A stretch of DNA of 59,996 bases, counting the filler. It is 7 parts of 7 records of this genome, joined end to end, with 100 filler letters (N's around TTAATTAATTAA, not from the genome) between each part and the next. Parts side by side here need not be neighbours in the genome. Positions count along the whole stretch, not along the records: positions 1 to 8,517 come from SRR31156797_66056; positions 8,618 to 14,409 come from SRR31156797_66069; 5 more parts are not named here. The stretch is one strand, 5' to 3'. Of this stretch, positions 1 to 8,775 are shown in pieces. A model generated the notes under the pieces. It was not told the DNA's origin and made no database searches. It was given only the letters and a program-made list of their open reading frames with translations. The position numbers and the translations under genes are program-made. The first letter of the stretch is position 1. Each line of letters begins with the position of its first letter.

Positions 1-30
1 GTGCGTGTCTACCTATTCCACCACTTCGGC
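1..30 (-). tRNA. tRNA-Leu, 5' part only (truncated by window start)
   Basis: Reverse complement reads GCCGAAGTGGTGGAATAGGTAGACACGCAC, a typical tRNA-Leu acceptor and D-arm. It lies just downstream of secG, matching the conserved secG-leuU arrangement. The anticodon is outside the window. Confidence 0.85.
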
Positions 31-119
31 GTGTTATACTTTCTTGCGTTTGAATCGATTCCGCTTAACGTTATTGCAGGTAAAACAGGATCAGTTCAAG
101 TGCAAATATCTATTGCAAA

Positions 120-419
120 TTACTTGCTGTCTGTTCCAGCAGGCTGCTCAATGGGAGCAGGCGCATCAGGCATGACAGATGTCTGGGAGCTGTGGCTTGA
201 CCTGTAAGCAAGAGTAAGGGAAGTGAGCATGAAAATGATGGCAATTCCCGTTGTGATTTTGCTTAGAAGTGTCGCAGGGCCGGAACCGCCGAACAGGGCC
301 TGTGACGAGCCGCCTCCCAGGGAAGCACCCATCCCCGCTCCCTTTCCTGTCTGGAGCAGAACAATCATGATCAGGAGAATACAGGCAATTACGTGTACTG
401 ATAATATTAGGGTAGTCAT
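120..419 (-). CDS. secG: Preprotein translocase subunit SecG
   Basis: VLLQTGKGAGMGASLGGG-SQALFG motif, two TM segments, downstream of tpiA. Confidence 0.97.
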   Translation of the reverse strand: MTTLILSVHVIACILLIMIVLLQTGKGAGMGASLGGGSSQALFGGSGPATLLSKITTGIAIIFMLTSLTLAYRSSHSSQTSVMPDAPAPIEQPAGTDSK

Positions 420-425
420 ATTTTT

Positions 426-1184
426 TTATCTATCATACCTTATGATTTGAATGAATGTATCAGGATCAAGACTTGCTCCGCCAACCAGAGCACCGTCAAC
501 ATCGCCAATGGACATCAGTTCCGAGACATTGCCAGGCTTGACAGAACCGCCATACAGTATCCGGATCGACGTCGCAAGTTCGTTTCCAAACAATTTATTG
601 ATCAAAGATCGGATGTACCCGTGAATCTCAGCTACCTGGTCCGGCGTTGCCGTCTTACCGGTTCCGATCGCCCAGACCGGTTCGTAGGCAATGACAAGGG
701 AGCCCAGATCACGAGAACTAAAGCTGTTTAACCCATTTGTTATCTGTTTGTCAAGAACAGAAAAAGTTTTTCCGTCCTCCCTTTGGGCTTCCGTCTCTCC
801 GATGCAGAGGATGGGGACGATACCCCCGTCAATGGACGCTTTTACCTTTTTGCATACGCCCTCGTCCGTTTCTCCGAAGTACTGCCGGCGTTCGGAGTGG
901 CCGATGATGGCATACCCGGCGCCGGCGGCTTTTACCATGCCGGCCGAGACTTCCCCGGTGTAGGCGCCCTCGTTTTCATAAAAGAGATTCTGGACCCCAA
1001 GTTTTACGTTGGATCCCGCCACAGCTTGTGAGACAAGGGGGATGCTCAGGAAGGTGGGGGCGATCATGATATCGGTATTGGTAACATCAGCGGCAAGCTC
1101 GGCCAGGCGGGTTGCCGCGGCAACCGCTTCAGGCCCTGTTTTGAACATCTTCCAGTTGCCGGCGATTAACGGTGTTCTGCTCAT
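426..1184 (-). CDS. tpiA: Triosephosphate isomerase
   Basis: AGNWKM, GHSERR, AYEPVWAIGTG, YGGSV, LVGGASL motifs; start placed at MSRTPL (1184). Confidence 0.98.
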   Translation of the reverse strand: MSRTPLIAGNWKMFKTGPEAVAAATRLAELAADVTNTDIMIAPTFLSIPLVSQAVAGSNVKLGVQNLFYENEGAYTGEVSAGMVKAAGAGYAIIGHSERRQYFGETDEGVCKKVKASIDGGIVPILCIGETEAQREDGKTFSVLDKQITNGLNSFSSRDLGSLVIAYEPVWAIGTGKTATPDQVAEIHGYIRSLINKLFGNELATSIRILYGGSVKPGNVSELMSIGDVDGALVGGASLDPDTFIQIIRYDR

Positions 1185-1236
1185 AGTGGTTTCCTTCGGT
1201 TGATACAAGTTCCGTACAAGTGCTGTTTCCCAGGGC

Positions 1237-2241
1237 CTATAAAGATTTTCCCACCATGGCGGCAAGATCCACCAGCCGGTTGGAGTAGCCCGCCTCGTTG
1301 TCGTACCAGGAGTAAACCTTTACCAGGTTGCCGATGACATCGGTGCAGGATGCGTCAACAATGGAGGAAGAGGGACTTCCGTTGTAATCGATGGATACCA
1401 GGGGAATCTCACCGAACTCCAAAATGCCGGAAAGCGCCTGTTCCGACGCTTTTTTCAGGGCCGAGTTGACGTCTTCCCGGGTCACGTTTTCCTTTTCCAC
1501 CTGGACCACCAGGTCCACGAGGCTCACGTTGGGGGTCGGCACCCGGACCGAGAGACCATTGAGTTTGCCCGCAAGTTCCGGCAGTACCAGGGAAACGGCC
1601 TTGGCAGCCCCCGTGGTTGTCGGGATCATGGAGAGGGCGGCGGACCGTGCCCGTCTCAAATCCTTGTGGGGTAAGTCCACAAGCCGCTGATCGCCGGTGT
1701 AGGCATGGACCGTGGTCATCATGCCGCTGACAATGCCGAAGCTTTCCAGCAGTACCTTTGCAACCGGTGCCAGGCAGTTTGTTGTGCATGAGGCATTGGA
1801 GATGATGTCGTGCTTTGCAGGATCATAGCTGTCATGGTTGACGCCCATGACGATGGTGATGTCGGGCTCCACGGCCGGGGCGGATATCAGCACCTTTCTG
1901 GCGCCTGCCTTGAGGTGTTTTCCCGCACCCTCCCTGTCCCTGAAGATGCCCGTGCACTCGAGTACCAGGTCCACGCCTGCATCCTTCCACGGAATATGGA
2001 CGGGGTCCTGGATGGAGGTGACTTTGATCTCCCTGTCACCCACGACAATGGCGCCCTCATTGGCCGTGACCGTTGCATCGAGCCGTCCGTGCACTGAATC
2101 GAATTTGAGCAGATGGGCCATGGTGGCAGTGTCGGTAAGATCGTTAATGGCGACCACTTCAACATCGGGCCTGGATAATGCCGCCCTGAATACCATCCTG
2201 CCGATCCTGCCGAAACCGTTAATACCAAGTTTGATTCCCAT
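1237..2241 (-). CDS. gap: Type I glyceraldehyde-3-phosphate dehydrogenase
   Basis: GINGFGRIGR, SNASCTTNCLAP, WYDNE motifs. Confidence 0.98.
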   Translation of the reverse strand: MGIKLGINGFGRIGRMVFRAALSRPDVEVVAINDLTDTATMAHLLKFDSVHGRLDATVTANEGAIVVGDREIKVTSIQDPVHIPWKDAGVDLVLECTGIFRDREGAGKHLKAGARKVLISAPAVEPDITIVMGVNHDSYDPAKHDIISNASCTTNCLAPVAKVLLESFGIVSGMMTTVHAYTGDQRLVDLPHKDLRRARSAALSMIPTTTGAAKAVSLVLPELAGKLNGLSVRVPTPNVSLVDLVVQVEKENVTREDVNSALKKASEQALSGILEFGEIPLVSIDYNGSPSSSIVDASCTDVIGNLVKVYSWYDNEAGYSNRLVDLAAMVGKSL

Positions 2242-2317
2242 GATTATGATACCTCCTGAACAATTTTTTTAAAAATAATGCCGGTTAGGAGCCTGGAACC
2301 CGATCATGGGGAAGCGG

Positions 2318-2731
2318 TTATGCCCGTTTACTTCCTTTCAGGATTCCGCTTGCAAGGGAGATACTTTTTTTTCCATGCTCCACCAGGGTTGCCGCAGCCG
2401 TTGACAGGTCCTGTTTTTCCCTGATGGAGAGCGCCTTGAGAAGAATAGGGAGGTTGACCCCCGATATTACTTCAACGGCTCCCTCTTCAAGGAACGAGTA
2501 GCTGAGGTTGGAAGGTGTGCCGCCGAACATGTCGGTGAAGATGATGACCCCTCCGTTGTCGTTGACCTTTTTGATGCCGTTCTTGATTTTTTTGATCAAA
2601 GTATCCGCGGGTTCTTTGATGTCGATTGAAACCGATACGATGTTCTCTATGGTTGAATCAAGTATAAATTCGGCCGACTCGATCAGAGCCTCGCCGAGTG
2701 TTGAGTGTGTGACTATCAAAATTCCTGTCAT
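2318..2731 (-). CDS. PTS EIIA, mannose/fructose family
   Basis: GILIVTH...DMFGGTPSN...GVNLP; start at MTGIL overlaps rapZ stop. Confidence 0.92.
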   Translation of the reverse strand: MTGILIVTHSTLGEALIESAEFILDSTIENIVSVSIDIKEPADTLIKKIKNGIKKVNDNGGVIIFTDMFGGTPSNLSYSFLEEGAVEVISGVNLPILLKALSIREKQDLSTAAATLVEHGKKSISLASGILKGSKRA

Positions 2732-3609
2732 TGCTCTTTTATGTCCCTGTCTATGTCTCTGTGGATAATGCCGGGCTCGAACCCCTTTTGTCCCAGGTGT
2801 TCGAAAATGCTCCTTGCTATAGCAACGCTCCTGTGGCGGCCTCCGGTACATCCAACAGCTATTGTAAGATACGCCTTCCCCTCTTGTGTGTAAAGCGGAA
2901 TCAGATATTCTAGGAGATTTAAGTATTTCTCTAGGAAGATTTTTGCCGGCGTGGTTGATAATACAAATTCCTGAACGTCCTCGGATTCTCCATCCTGCTC
3001 CTTGAGTTCCGGCACAAAAAAAGGATTGGAGAGGAACCGCATGTCGATGACAAGGTCGGCATCCTTGGGTATCCCGTATTTAAAGCCAAAGGAAAGGACG
3101 TTGATCTTCATGGACACCCGTTTATGGGAATGTCTTTCAGCAAGCCGCTGGATTTCGGCTTTCAGCTTGTGAACATTGTATTGGCTGGTGTCGATGACCC
3201 GTTTGGAAAGCCGTCGAATGGGAGCCATGGCTTTTTTTTCCGACTTGATGCTCTCAATGAGGCTCTTGTCGTGACCGACCGGGTGGTGTCGCCGGGTCTG
3301 GCTGTACCGCTTGAGGAGGGTGTTTTCATCCGCCTCGAGGAAGATGATTTCCGGGCGGTGCCCCTTTTTTTTCAATGCCTCCAGTGTGGCGGAGAACTGG
3401 GAAAGAAAACGGGATGCCCGGATGTCCATGACAAAGACAAAACCGTTGATTCCGGGATCGCTTTCCAGGGGAAGGTCGAGAAATTTCGGCAGAAGCTCAA
3501 TGGGCATGTTGTCGACGCAATAGAAGCCTGCATCTTCAAATGCCGCCATGGCCGTGCTTTTCCCCGACCCCGAGAGGCCGGTGATGATGAAGAGTTCCTG
3601 GTGGTTCAT
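2728..3609 (-). CDS. rapZ: RNase adapter RapZ (YhbJ/YvcJ P-loop protein)
   Basis: GLSGSGKS, SFGFKYG, GCTGGRHRSV motifs; rpoN-operon context. Confidence 0.96.
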   Translation of the reverse strand: MNHQELFIITGLSGSGKSTAMAAFEDAGFYCVDNMPIELLPKFLDLPLESDPGINGFVFVMDIRASRFLSQFSATLEALKKKGHRPEIIFLEADENTLLKRYSQTRRHHPVGHDKSLIESIKSEKKAMAPIRRLSKRVIDTSQYNVHKLKAEIQRLAERHSHKRVSMKINVLSFGFKYGIPKDADLVIDMRFLSNPFFVPELKEQDGESEDVQEFVLSTTPAKIFLEKYLNLLEYLIPLYTQEGKAYLTIAVGCTGGRHRSVAIARSIFEHLGQKGFEPGIIHRDIDRDIKEQ

Positions 3610-4068
3610 TTAAAACTCTTCATCAATGTCGTGGATGATTTCCTGGATTTCATCGATGGATTCCGCTTTGATCAGGCTCTCTTTAAAGTGTTCCTTTTTG
3701 AGAAGCTTTGAAATCTGGGCCAGAACCTTGAGATGGCTTCCCGTAGAATTCTCAGGCGTGATTAACAGGAAAAAAATATGGACGGGTTTGTCGTCCAGGG
3801 AGTCAAATTCGACTCCCTGGCGGCTTAATCCAAAACCGACAACAATGGACTGGGTGGAGGCGAGCTTTCCGTGGGGAATACCGATCCCGCCTCCGATTCC
3901 GGTGCTGCCGAGTTGTTCCCTTTCCAGAAGAACCCTGACGATCTCATCGCTTCCGGTTTGAGCCAGGGGGGCGACCGATGCCGCCAGTTCTTCCAACACT
4001 CCTTTTTTATCTGTTGAGGAAAGGTTCGGGATAATCGCATCCCTGGGTAAAATGTCTGATAGTTTCAT
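3610..4068 (-). CDS. ptsN: PTS EIIA-Ntr
   Basis: EREQLGSTGIGGGIGIPHGK motif. Confidence 0.93.
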   Translation of the reverse strand: MKLSDILPRDAIIPNLSSTDKKGVLEELAASVAPLAQTGSDEIVRVLLEREQLGSTGIGGGIGIPHGKLASTQSIVVGFGLSRQGVEFDSLDDKPVHIFFLLITPENSTGSHLKVLAQISKLLKKEHFKESLIKAESIDEIQEIIHDIDEEF

Positions 4069-4092
4069 AGGTTCCTGGTTCTTAAATCGTTA

Positions 4093-4629
4093 TCAGCTGG
4101 GCTGAATCAGTCCGAGTTTGCCGTCCCTGCGCCTGTAGAGAACGTTGACCCGCTCCGTCCTCGCATTGTTGAATACAAAAAAGTTGTCCCTGCCGGAGTT
4201 GAGTTCCTCCACGGCGTCATCGATGTCGATGGGTTTGACATTGATGGCCTCCATGATCACTTCCTGGCCGGATGAATGTTCGGATGCCTCAGGGGGGGTG
4301 AGGGAGATCTCGCTATCCTTAATGCTCGACTTGTCGCCGGACATGTGGCGTCGCACTTTTTCCTTGTTTTTCTTTATCTGGGTCGCAATTTTGTCCATGA
4401 GGGTGTCGATGGAGGAGTACATGTTCTCCGACTCCTCTTTTGCATGGATCTTCAGCCGGTCGCAGGTCAGGGTTATTTCCGCAATGTGTCGAATTTTCTC
4501 CACAGACAGCACCACGTTTGCTTCTCCAGGACTTTCCAGCATTTTGTCAAACCGGTCCACCTTTTTCTGTACATAGGATTTTAATGCATCGGAAGGATCA
4601 AGTCGTTTAAACGTTACTGATGTGTGCAT
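4093..4629 (-). CDS. hpf: Ribosome hibernation promoting factor, long HPF/RaiA type
   Basis: MYSSID motif and C-terminal FFVF..NVLYRRRDG; follows rpoN; start at MHTSV. Confidence 0.95.
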   Translation of the reverse strand: MHTSVTFKRLDPSDALKSYVQKKVDRFDKMLESPGEANVVLSVEKIRHIAEITLTCDRLKIHAKEESENMYSSIDTLMDKIATQIKKNKEKVRRHMSGDKSSIKDSEISLTPPEASEHSSGQEVIMEAINVKPIDIDDAVEELNSGRDNFFVFNNARTERVNVLYRRRDGKLGLIQPS

Positions 4630-4639
4630 AAAAACCTCC

Positions 4640-6079
4640 CTAAAATTGTTTGCGTTTACTGGACGGGAGAATGTGGAGCATCTCCCTGTATTTGGCAACG
4701 GTTCTTCGGGCTATGTTGATGTTGGCCTTTTTAAGAAGCTCTGTGAGTTTTTTGTCACTGTAGGGATGCTTGGGGTCCTCGTTGTCAATGATCTGCTTGA
4801 TTTTATCCTTGACGCTGGCCGAAGCCATGGAGTCCCCGTCTGTTCGGGATATGGAACTGTTGAAAAAATATTTCAGCTCGAACAACCCCTGGGGCGTGTA
4901 GGCGTACTTGTTGGTGGTGACCCGGCTGATGGTGGACTCGTGCATCTCGATATCTTCGGCAACGTCCCTCAGGATCATGGGTTTCAGGTGGGTGATTCCC
5001 TTGAGGAAGAATTCCCGCTGGAACTTGATGATGCTCTCCATGACCGAGTAGATCGTCTTCTGGCGCTGGTGGATGCTCTTTATGAGCCAGGTGGCGCTCT
5101 GCATCTTTTCGTTGAGGTAGGTCTTGGCCTCCTTGGATATCTCGGTGCCGTTGGATACGGCCTCCTTGTAGACCCGGTTGATCCTGAGCTTGGGCAGGCC
5201 GTCGTCGTTCATGACGATCTTGAAATCGTCTCCCTCCCGGTATACGTATATATCCGGAATGATGTAGTGGGGTTCTTCCGTGCTGAACTCACGGCCGGGC
5301 TTGGGCTCCAGGCATTTGATGACATTGACGGCTGAAACCACATGGTCGATGGAAACCCCCAGATCCTTGGCAATCTTTTTATAGTTTTTGTTCTCGAGAT
5401 TTTTCATGTGGTTGGTGATGATTTTCTCGAGCATGGGGTTGTCGATGCCCAGGTGCTGGATCTGAATGAGGAGCGCCTCCCTGAGATCCCTTGCGCAGAC
5501 GCCGGGAGGATCAAAGGTGTGCATCTGTTTCAACATGGTCTCAACGGCCTCGGCCTCGAATGGGCCGGATTCGGCGATCTCTTCCACAGTGGCGCACAGG
5601 TAGCCGTCAAGGTCCAGGTTGCCGATGATCATGCTGCCGATCTGCTCCTCCTCCTCGGAGGGGCTGCTCATGAGAAGCTGCCACTGGAGGTGGCTCTCCA
5701 GGGTTTTTTTGTCGCCGATAAAGGCCTCGTAGTTCGGAGCCTCCTGGTGATCCCGTTCGGTGTGAACCCTGCCGGTGGAGTTGTATTCGTTGATGTAGCT
5801 TTCCCAGTCGGTGTCTTCGGCCACCTTTTCATCGATGGTGACCTCCTTGACCGTCTCTTCGCCTGCATCGTTCTTTGCTTCAGCTTCCGGAGTCTCCCCG
5901 GGAGCCGCCAGCTCCTGCGCCTTCTCTTCAAGGGCAGGGTTCTCCTCGAGCTCCTGCTGAATCATCCCGGCAAGTTCGATGCGGGAGAGCTGAAGAAGTT
6001 TTATTGCCTGCTGCAGCTGGGGCGTCATCACCAGCTGCTGGGTCAGGATCAAGTTTTGTTGTAGTCCTAATAAAGCCAT
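4640..6079 (-). CDS. rpoN: RNA polymerase sigma-54 factor
   Basis: MTPQLQQAIKLLQL, HESTISR, and RpoN box ARRTVAKYRE. Confidence 0.99.
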   Translation of the reverse strand: MALLGLQQNLILTQQLVMTPQLQQAIKLLQLSRIELAGMIQQELEENPALEEKAQELAAPGETPEAEAKNDAGEETVKEVTIDEKVAEDTDWESYINEYNSTGRVHTERDHQEAPNYEAFIGDKKTLESHLQWQLLMSSPSEEEEQIGSMIIGNLDLDGYLCATVEEIAESGPFEAEAVETMLKQMHTFDPPGVCARDLREALLIQIQHLGIDNPMLEKIITNHMKNLENKNYKKIAKDLGVSIDHVVSAVNVIKCLEPKPGREFSTEEPHYIIPDIYVYREGDDFKIVMNDDGLPKLRINRVYKEAVSNGTEISKEAKTYLNEKMQSATWLIKSIHQRQKTIYSVMESIIKFQREFFLKGITHLKPMILRDVAEDIEMHESTISRVTTNKYAYTPQGLFELKYFFNSSISRTDGDSMASASVKDKIKQIIDNEDPKHPYSDKKLTELLKKANINIARRTVAKYREMLHILPSSKRKQF

Positions 6080-6081
6080 AA

Positions 6082-6804
6082 TCAGAGCCTAAATTTCTCT
6101 CCAAGATAGATTCTTCTTGCAATTTCGCTTGAAATGATCTTTTCAGGGGGACCCGATTCGATCACGGTTCCCTGATTCATGATATATGCGGAATTGCACA
6201 CACCAAGGGTCTCTCTAACGTTGTGGTCAGATATGAGAACGCCGATTCCCCGCTCCGTGAGCTGGGTGATGATCTTCTGGATATCTGACACGGCCAGGGG
6301 GTCGATTCCGGCAAAGGGTTCGTCCAGCAAGATGAACTGGGGGTCTGTGGCAAGCACCCTTGCAATCTCAAGCCGTCTTCTTTCTCCTCCGGACAGGACG
6401 CTTGCCTTTTGATCCGCAAGGCGGGAGATGCCAAGTTCATCCATGAGCCGGTCTGCCTTGCCCTGGATGTCGGGATCGACATCCGGGAGGACTTCCAGAA
6501 CCGCCGTAATGTTTTGCCGTACGGTGAGTTTTCTGAATATGGACGCCTCCTGGGGTAAGTACCCAATGCCTTTTCTTGCCCTCATGTACATTGGATAGTC
6601 TGTTATGTCGCTCTGGTCAAGGAAAACCTGACCTTTATCCGGCTGGATCATCCCCACAGCCATGTAAAAGGTGGTTGTCTTGCCGGCGCCGTTGGGTCCG
6701 AGAAGTCCTGTGACTTCACCCTGGTTGACAACAACCTCCACACCGTTGACCACCTGCCGGCCATTGTAGACCTTGACCAGATTTTTCAGAACAAGGCTTG
6801 TCAT
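6082..6804 (-). CDS. lptB: LPS export ABC ATPase LptB
   Basis: GPNGAGKTT, LSGGERRRLEIAR, DEPFAGIDP, DHNVRETL. Confidence 0.97.
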   Translation of the reverse strand: MTSLVLKNLVKVYNGRQVVNGVEVVVNQGEVTGLLGPNGAGKTTTFYMAVGMIQPDKGQVFLDQSDITDYPMYMRARKGIGYLPQEASIFRKLTVRQNITAVLEVLPDVDPDIQGKADRLMDELGISRLADQKASVLSGGERRRLEIARVLATDPQFILLDEPFAGIDPLAVSDIQKIITQLTERGIGVLISDHNVRETLGVCNSAYIMNQGTVIESGPPEKIISSEIARRIYLGEKFRL

Positions 6805-7334
6805 TCACCCTCTTTTTTTTCAATTCTGTCTTTGGAGTTGAACAGCGCTTCAACGCGTTTTTTCTTCCCGCTTTCCACGACAACCCTGCCGTCATTCCTG
6901 AACACGGTGATTTTTTTCCCCGTGACAAAGCTTTCCCCGGTGATCACCTTGGGAGAGCCCCCGGTAAGGATCAGGGTCTGGTCGGCGGTGGTGAATACGG
7001 CCTTTTCCGCAAAGGCCTTTCGATCCCCCGAGATAAACCTGACGTTGCCCGTGGCAAGTATCTCTTTGATATTCTGCTCGTCCTCTTTTTTCAGTTCTTT
7101 CTTCTCCGCGTCCTTGTATAAGAAAACCTTGATCGAGTCCGCATGGACAACGGAATCCTGGCTGGTTGCCTTGGCGTTGCCGACAAATTCGACAAAGGCG
7201 GCATCCCGTTCTGAAATCATGGTGTCTGAAGTTACGTGGAGGCTTCTGTCTTCTGAAACCGTATCCCCTGCGGCCCAAAGGGCGACAGGATTAAGGATTG
7301 CTGTCCATACCACTAAAAAAATCAAATGTCTCAC
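6801..7334 (-). CDS. lptA: LPS transport periplasmic protein LptA/OstA family
   Basis: Signal peptide, ATGNV and LILTG beta-jellyroll motifs, position between lptC and lptB. Confidence 0.85.
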   Translation of the reverse strand: MRHLIFLVVWTAILNPVALWAAGDTVSEDRSLHVTSDTMISERDAAFVEFVGNAKATSQDSVVHADSIKVFLYKDAEKKELKKEDEQNIKEILATGNVRFISGDRKAFAEKAVFTTADQTLILTGGSPKVITGESFVTGKKITVFRNDGRVVVESGKKKRVEALFNSKDRIEKKEGE

Positions 7335-7896
7335 TGAATCTTCCTCTTACATTTCCTTTGAGCCTGGTGGTGCTCCTGTTGAGGTCCGTCTCCATTGCAT
7401 CGGCTTCAAGGAGAGATTCCTTATCCATGATCCTGATATGGACCGTTGAATATAGTATATGTCTTTTCTTCTCATAATGCAACTCGTCAGTTTCCAGGGT
7501 GTAGTCTCCATAGGTGACAACGACATTATCCGAAAAGCGCATGTCATGGGTCTTGGTGTCAAGGGCGCCCCTGGCTGAGGAGAGGTGGATCTTACCGCCG
7601 CTCTCCATGAAGAAGACCACGCTGACATCCTCCAGCAGGGCACTGTTCTTGTCCTTCAGGAGTTTTGCCGAGGAGGCATCCAGGGTCCATTCCCTGATCC
7701 CGTTCCTTGTGGAGGTCTGGTGTATGGAGTCCAGCATCAGTGCGGCCTTGGAATCGATGGAGATTTCCTTGAGCACGACTTTTCCCGAGGTGATCTTCTC
7801 TTTATAGTAAAGCGCTCCCAGGCCGATAACTAGGAAAACAAGGAGAAGGATGAAAATGCCTTTTACGGTTCTTGGTTGGGATCGTCCGGACTTCAT
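7291..7896 (-). CDS. lptC: LPS export protein LptC
   Basis: Single N-terminal TM then beta-rich domain; synteny kdsC-lptC-lptA-lptB. Confidence 0.88.
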   Translation of the reverse strand: MKSGRSQPRTVKGIFILLLVFLVIGLGALYYKEKITSGKVVLKEISIDSKAALMLDSIHQTSTRNGIREWTLDASSAKLLKDKNSALLEDVSVVFFMESGGKIHLSSARGALDTKTHDMRFSDNVVVTYGDYTLETDELHYEKKRHILYSTVHIRIMDKESLLEADAMETDLNRSTTRLKGNVRGRFSETFDFFSGMDSNP

Positions 7897-8426
7897 TGGG
7901 AAAACCTGGTTACGATGCCGTCCCAGAGCCCCTTGGCCTTGAGGGCATCTTCACAAATTTGACGGACCGCTCCCTCTCCGCCCCGCTGGGGAGTGATGAT
8001 CCGGGCGGTTTCTTTGACCTCCTGGGAGGCGTCGGCAACGGTGATGGCAAGTCCCACCCGCTTCATGACACAGAGGTCGGGAAGGTCGTCTCCCGCAAAG
8101 GCGGTTTCCCCGGCCGTAATCCCGGTTTGCCCAAGGATGGTTTCAAGGGCCGAGACCTTATCCTTGATGCCGTCAAAGAGCAGGTCGATACCGAGATTGT
8201 TGCATCTTGCCTCAAGGGCCTTGGAACTACGGCCGGTGATGATCCCGACCCGGACGCCCGCATCCATGAGCAGTCGCAGGCCGAGGCCGTCTTTGACGCT
8301 GAAGCTTTTTATCTCGTCCCCCTGGTCGGTGTAGGTGATGGTGCCGCTGGTAAGGACACCGTCCACATCGAGGAGGAGGAGCTTCAGGGTCTTTAATTTT
8401 TCCTGAACTTCGGTTGAATGGGTCAT
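7893..8426 (-). CDS. kdsC: KDO-8-phosphate phosphatase (HAD)
   Basis: LLDVDGVLT, KDGLG, GDDLPD, GGEGAVR. Confidence 0.96.
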   Translation of the reverse strand: MTHSTEVQEKLKTLKLLLLDVDGVLTSGTITYTDQGDEIKSFSVKDGLGLRLLMDAGVRVGIITGRSSKALEARCNNLGIDLLFDGIKDKVSALETILGQTGITAGETAFAGDDLPDLCVMKRVGLAITVADASQEVKETARIITPQRGGEGAVRQICEDALKAKGLWDGIVTRFSQ

Positions 8427-8517
8427 ATGACAGGTACCACGGCCTTCCTGATGGCAAGCAGGGTTTCAAGGAACGGTTTCATCTGGCCCAGGGGCAGGGA
8501 ATTGGGGCCGTCGCACA
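8423..8517 (-). CDS. kdsA: KDO-8-phosphate synthase, 3' end only
   Basis: Translates CDGPNSLPLGQMKPFLETLLAIRKAVVPVI*; stop overlaps kdsC start; cut by contig end. Confidence 0.85.
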
Positions 8518-8617
8518 NNNNNNNNNNNNNNNNNNNNNNNNNNNNNNNNNNNNNNNNNNNNTTAATTAATTAANNNNNNNNNNNNNNNNNNNNNNNNNNN
8601 NNNNNNNNNNNNNNNNN
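8518..8617. other. Artificial contig spacer (N run with TTAATTAATTAA)
   Basis: 100-nt N linker with stop codons in all frames. Confidence 0.99.
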
Positions 8618-8775
8618 GTTGTGAAAAATAGGCGGTGGATTTGGGTTTCTGTAGATTTATTGCTTTTTTGTATTTTATTTTGTAGCGTAGAAACTATTCA
8701 CTAAAAAATGATCATCTTTTCTGATTAATGCAAAGATGGTTAAGCCAACAATTATCTTAACTACGGGTGCTTATT

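Noticed and set aside
426-4068. gap-tpiA without pgk, and rpoN operon without hprK/ptsH
   Set aside because: Ordinary lineage-level rearrangement; the genes may lie elsewhere
8518-8617. Recurrent TTAATTAATTAA within N runs (six copies) as a biological repeat
   Set aside because: Identical 100-nt assembly linker; ORFs running into it are artefactually extended or ended
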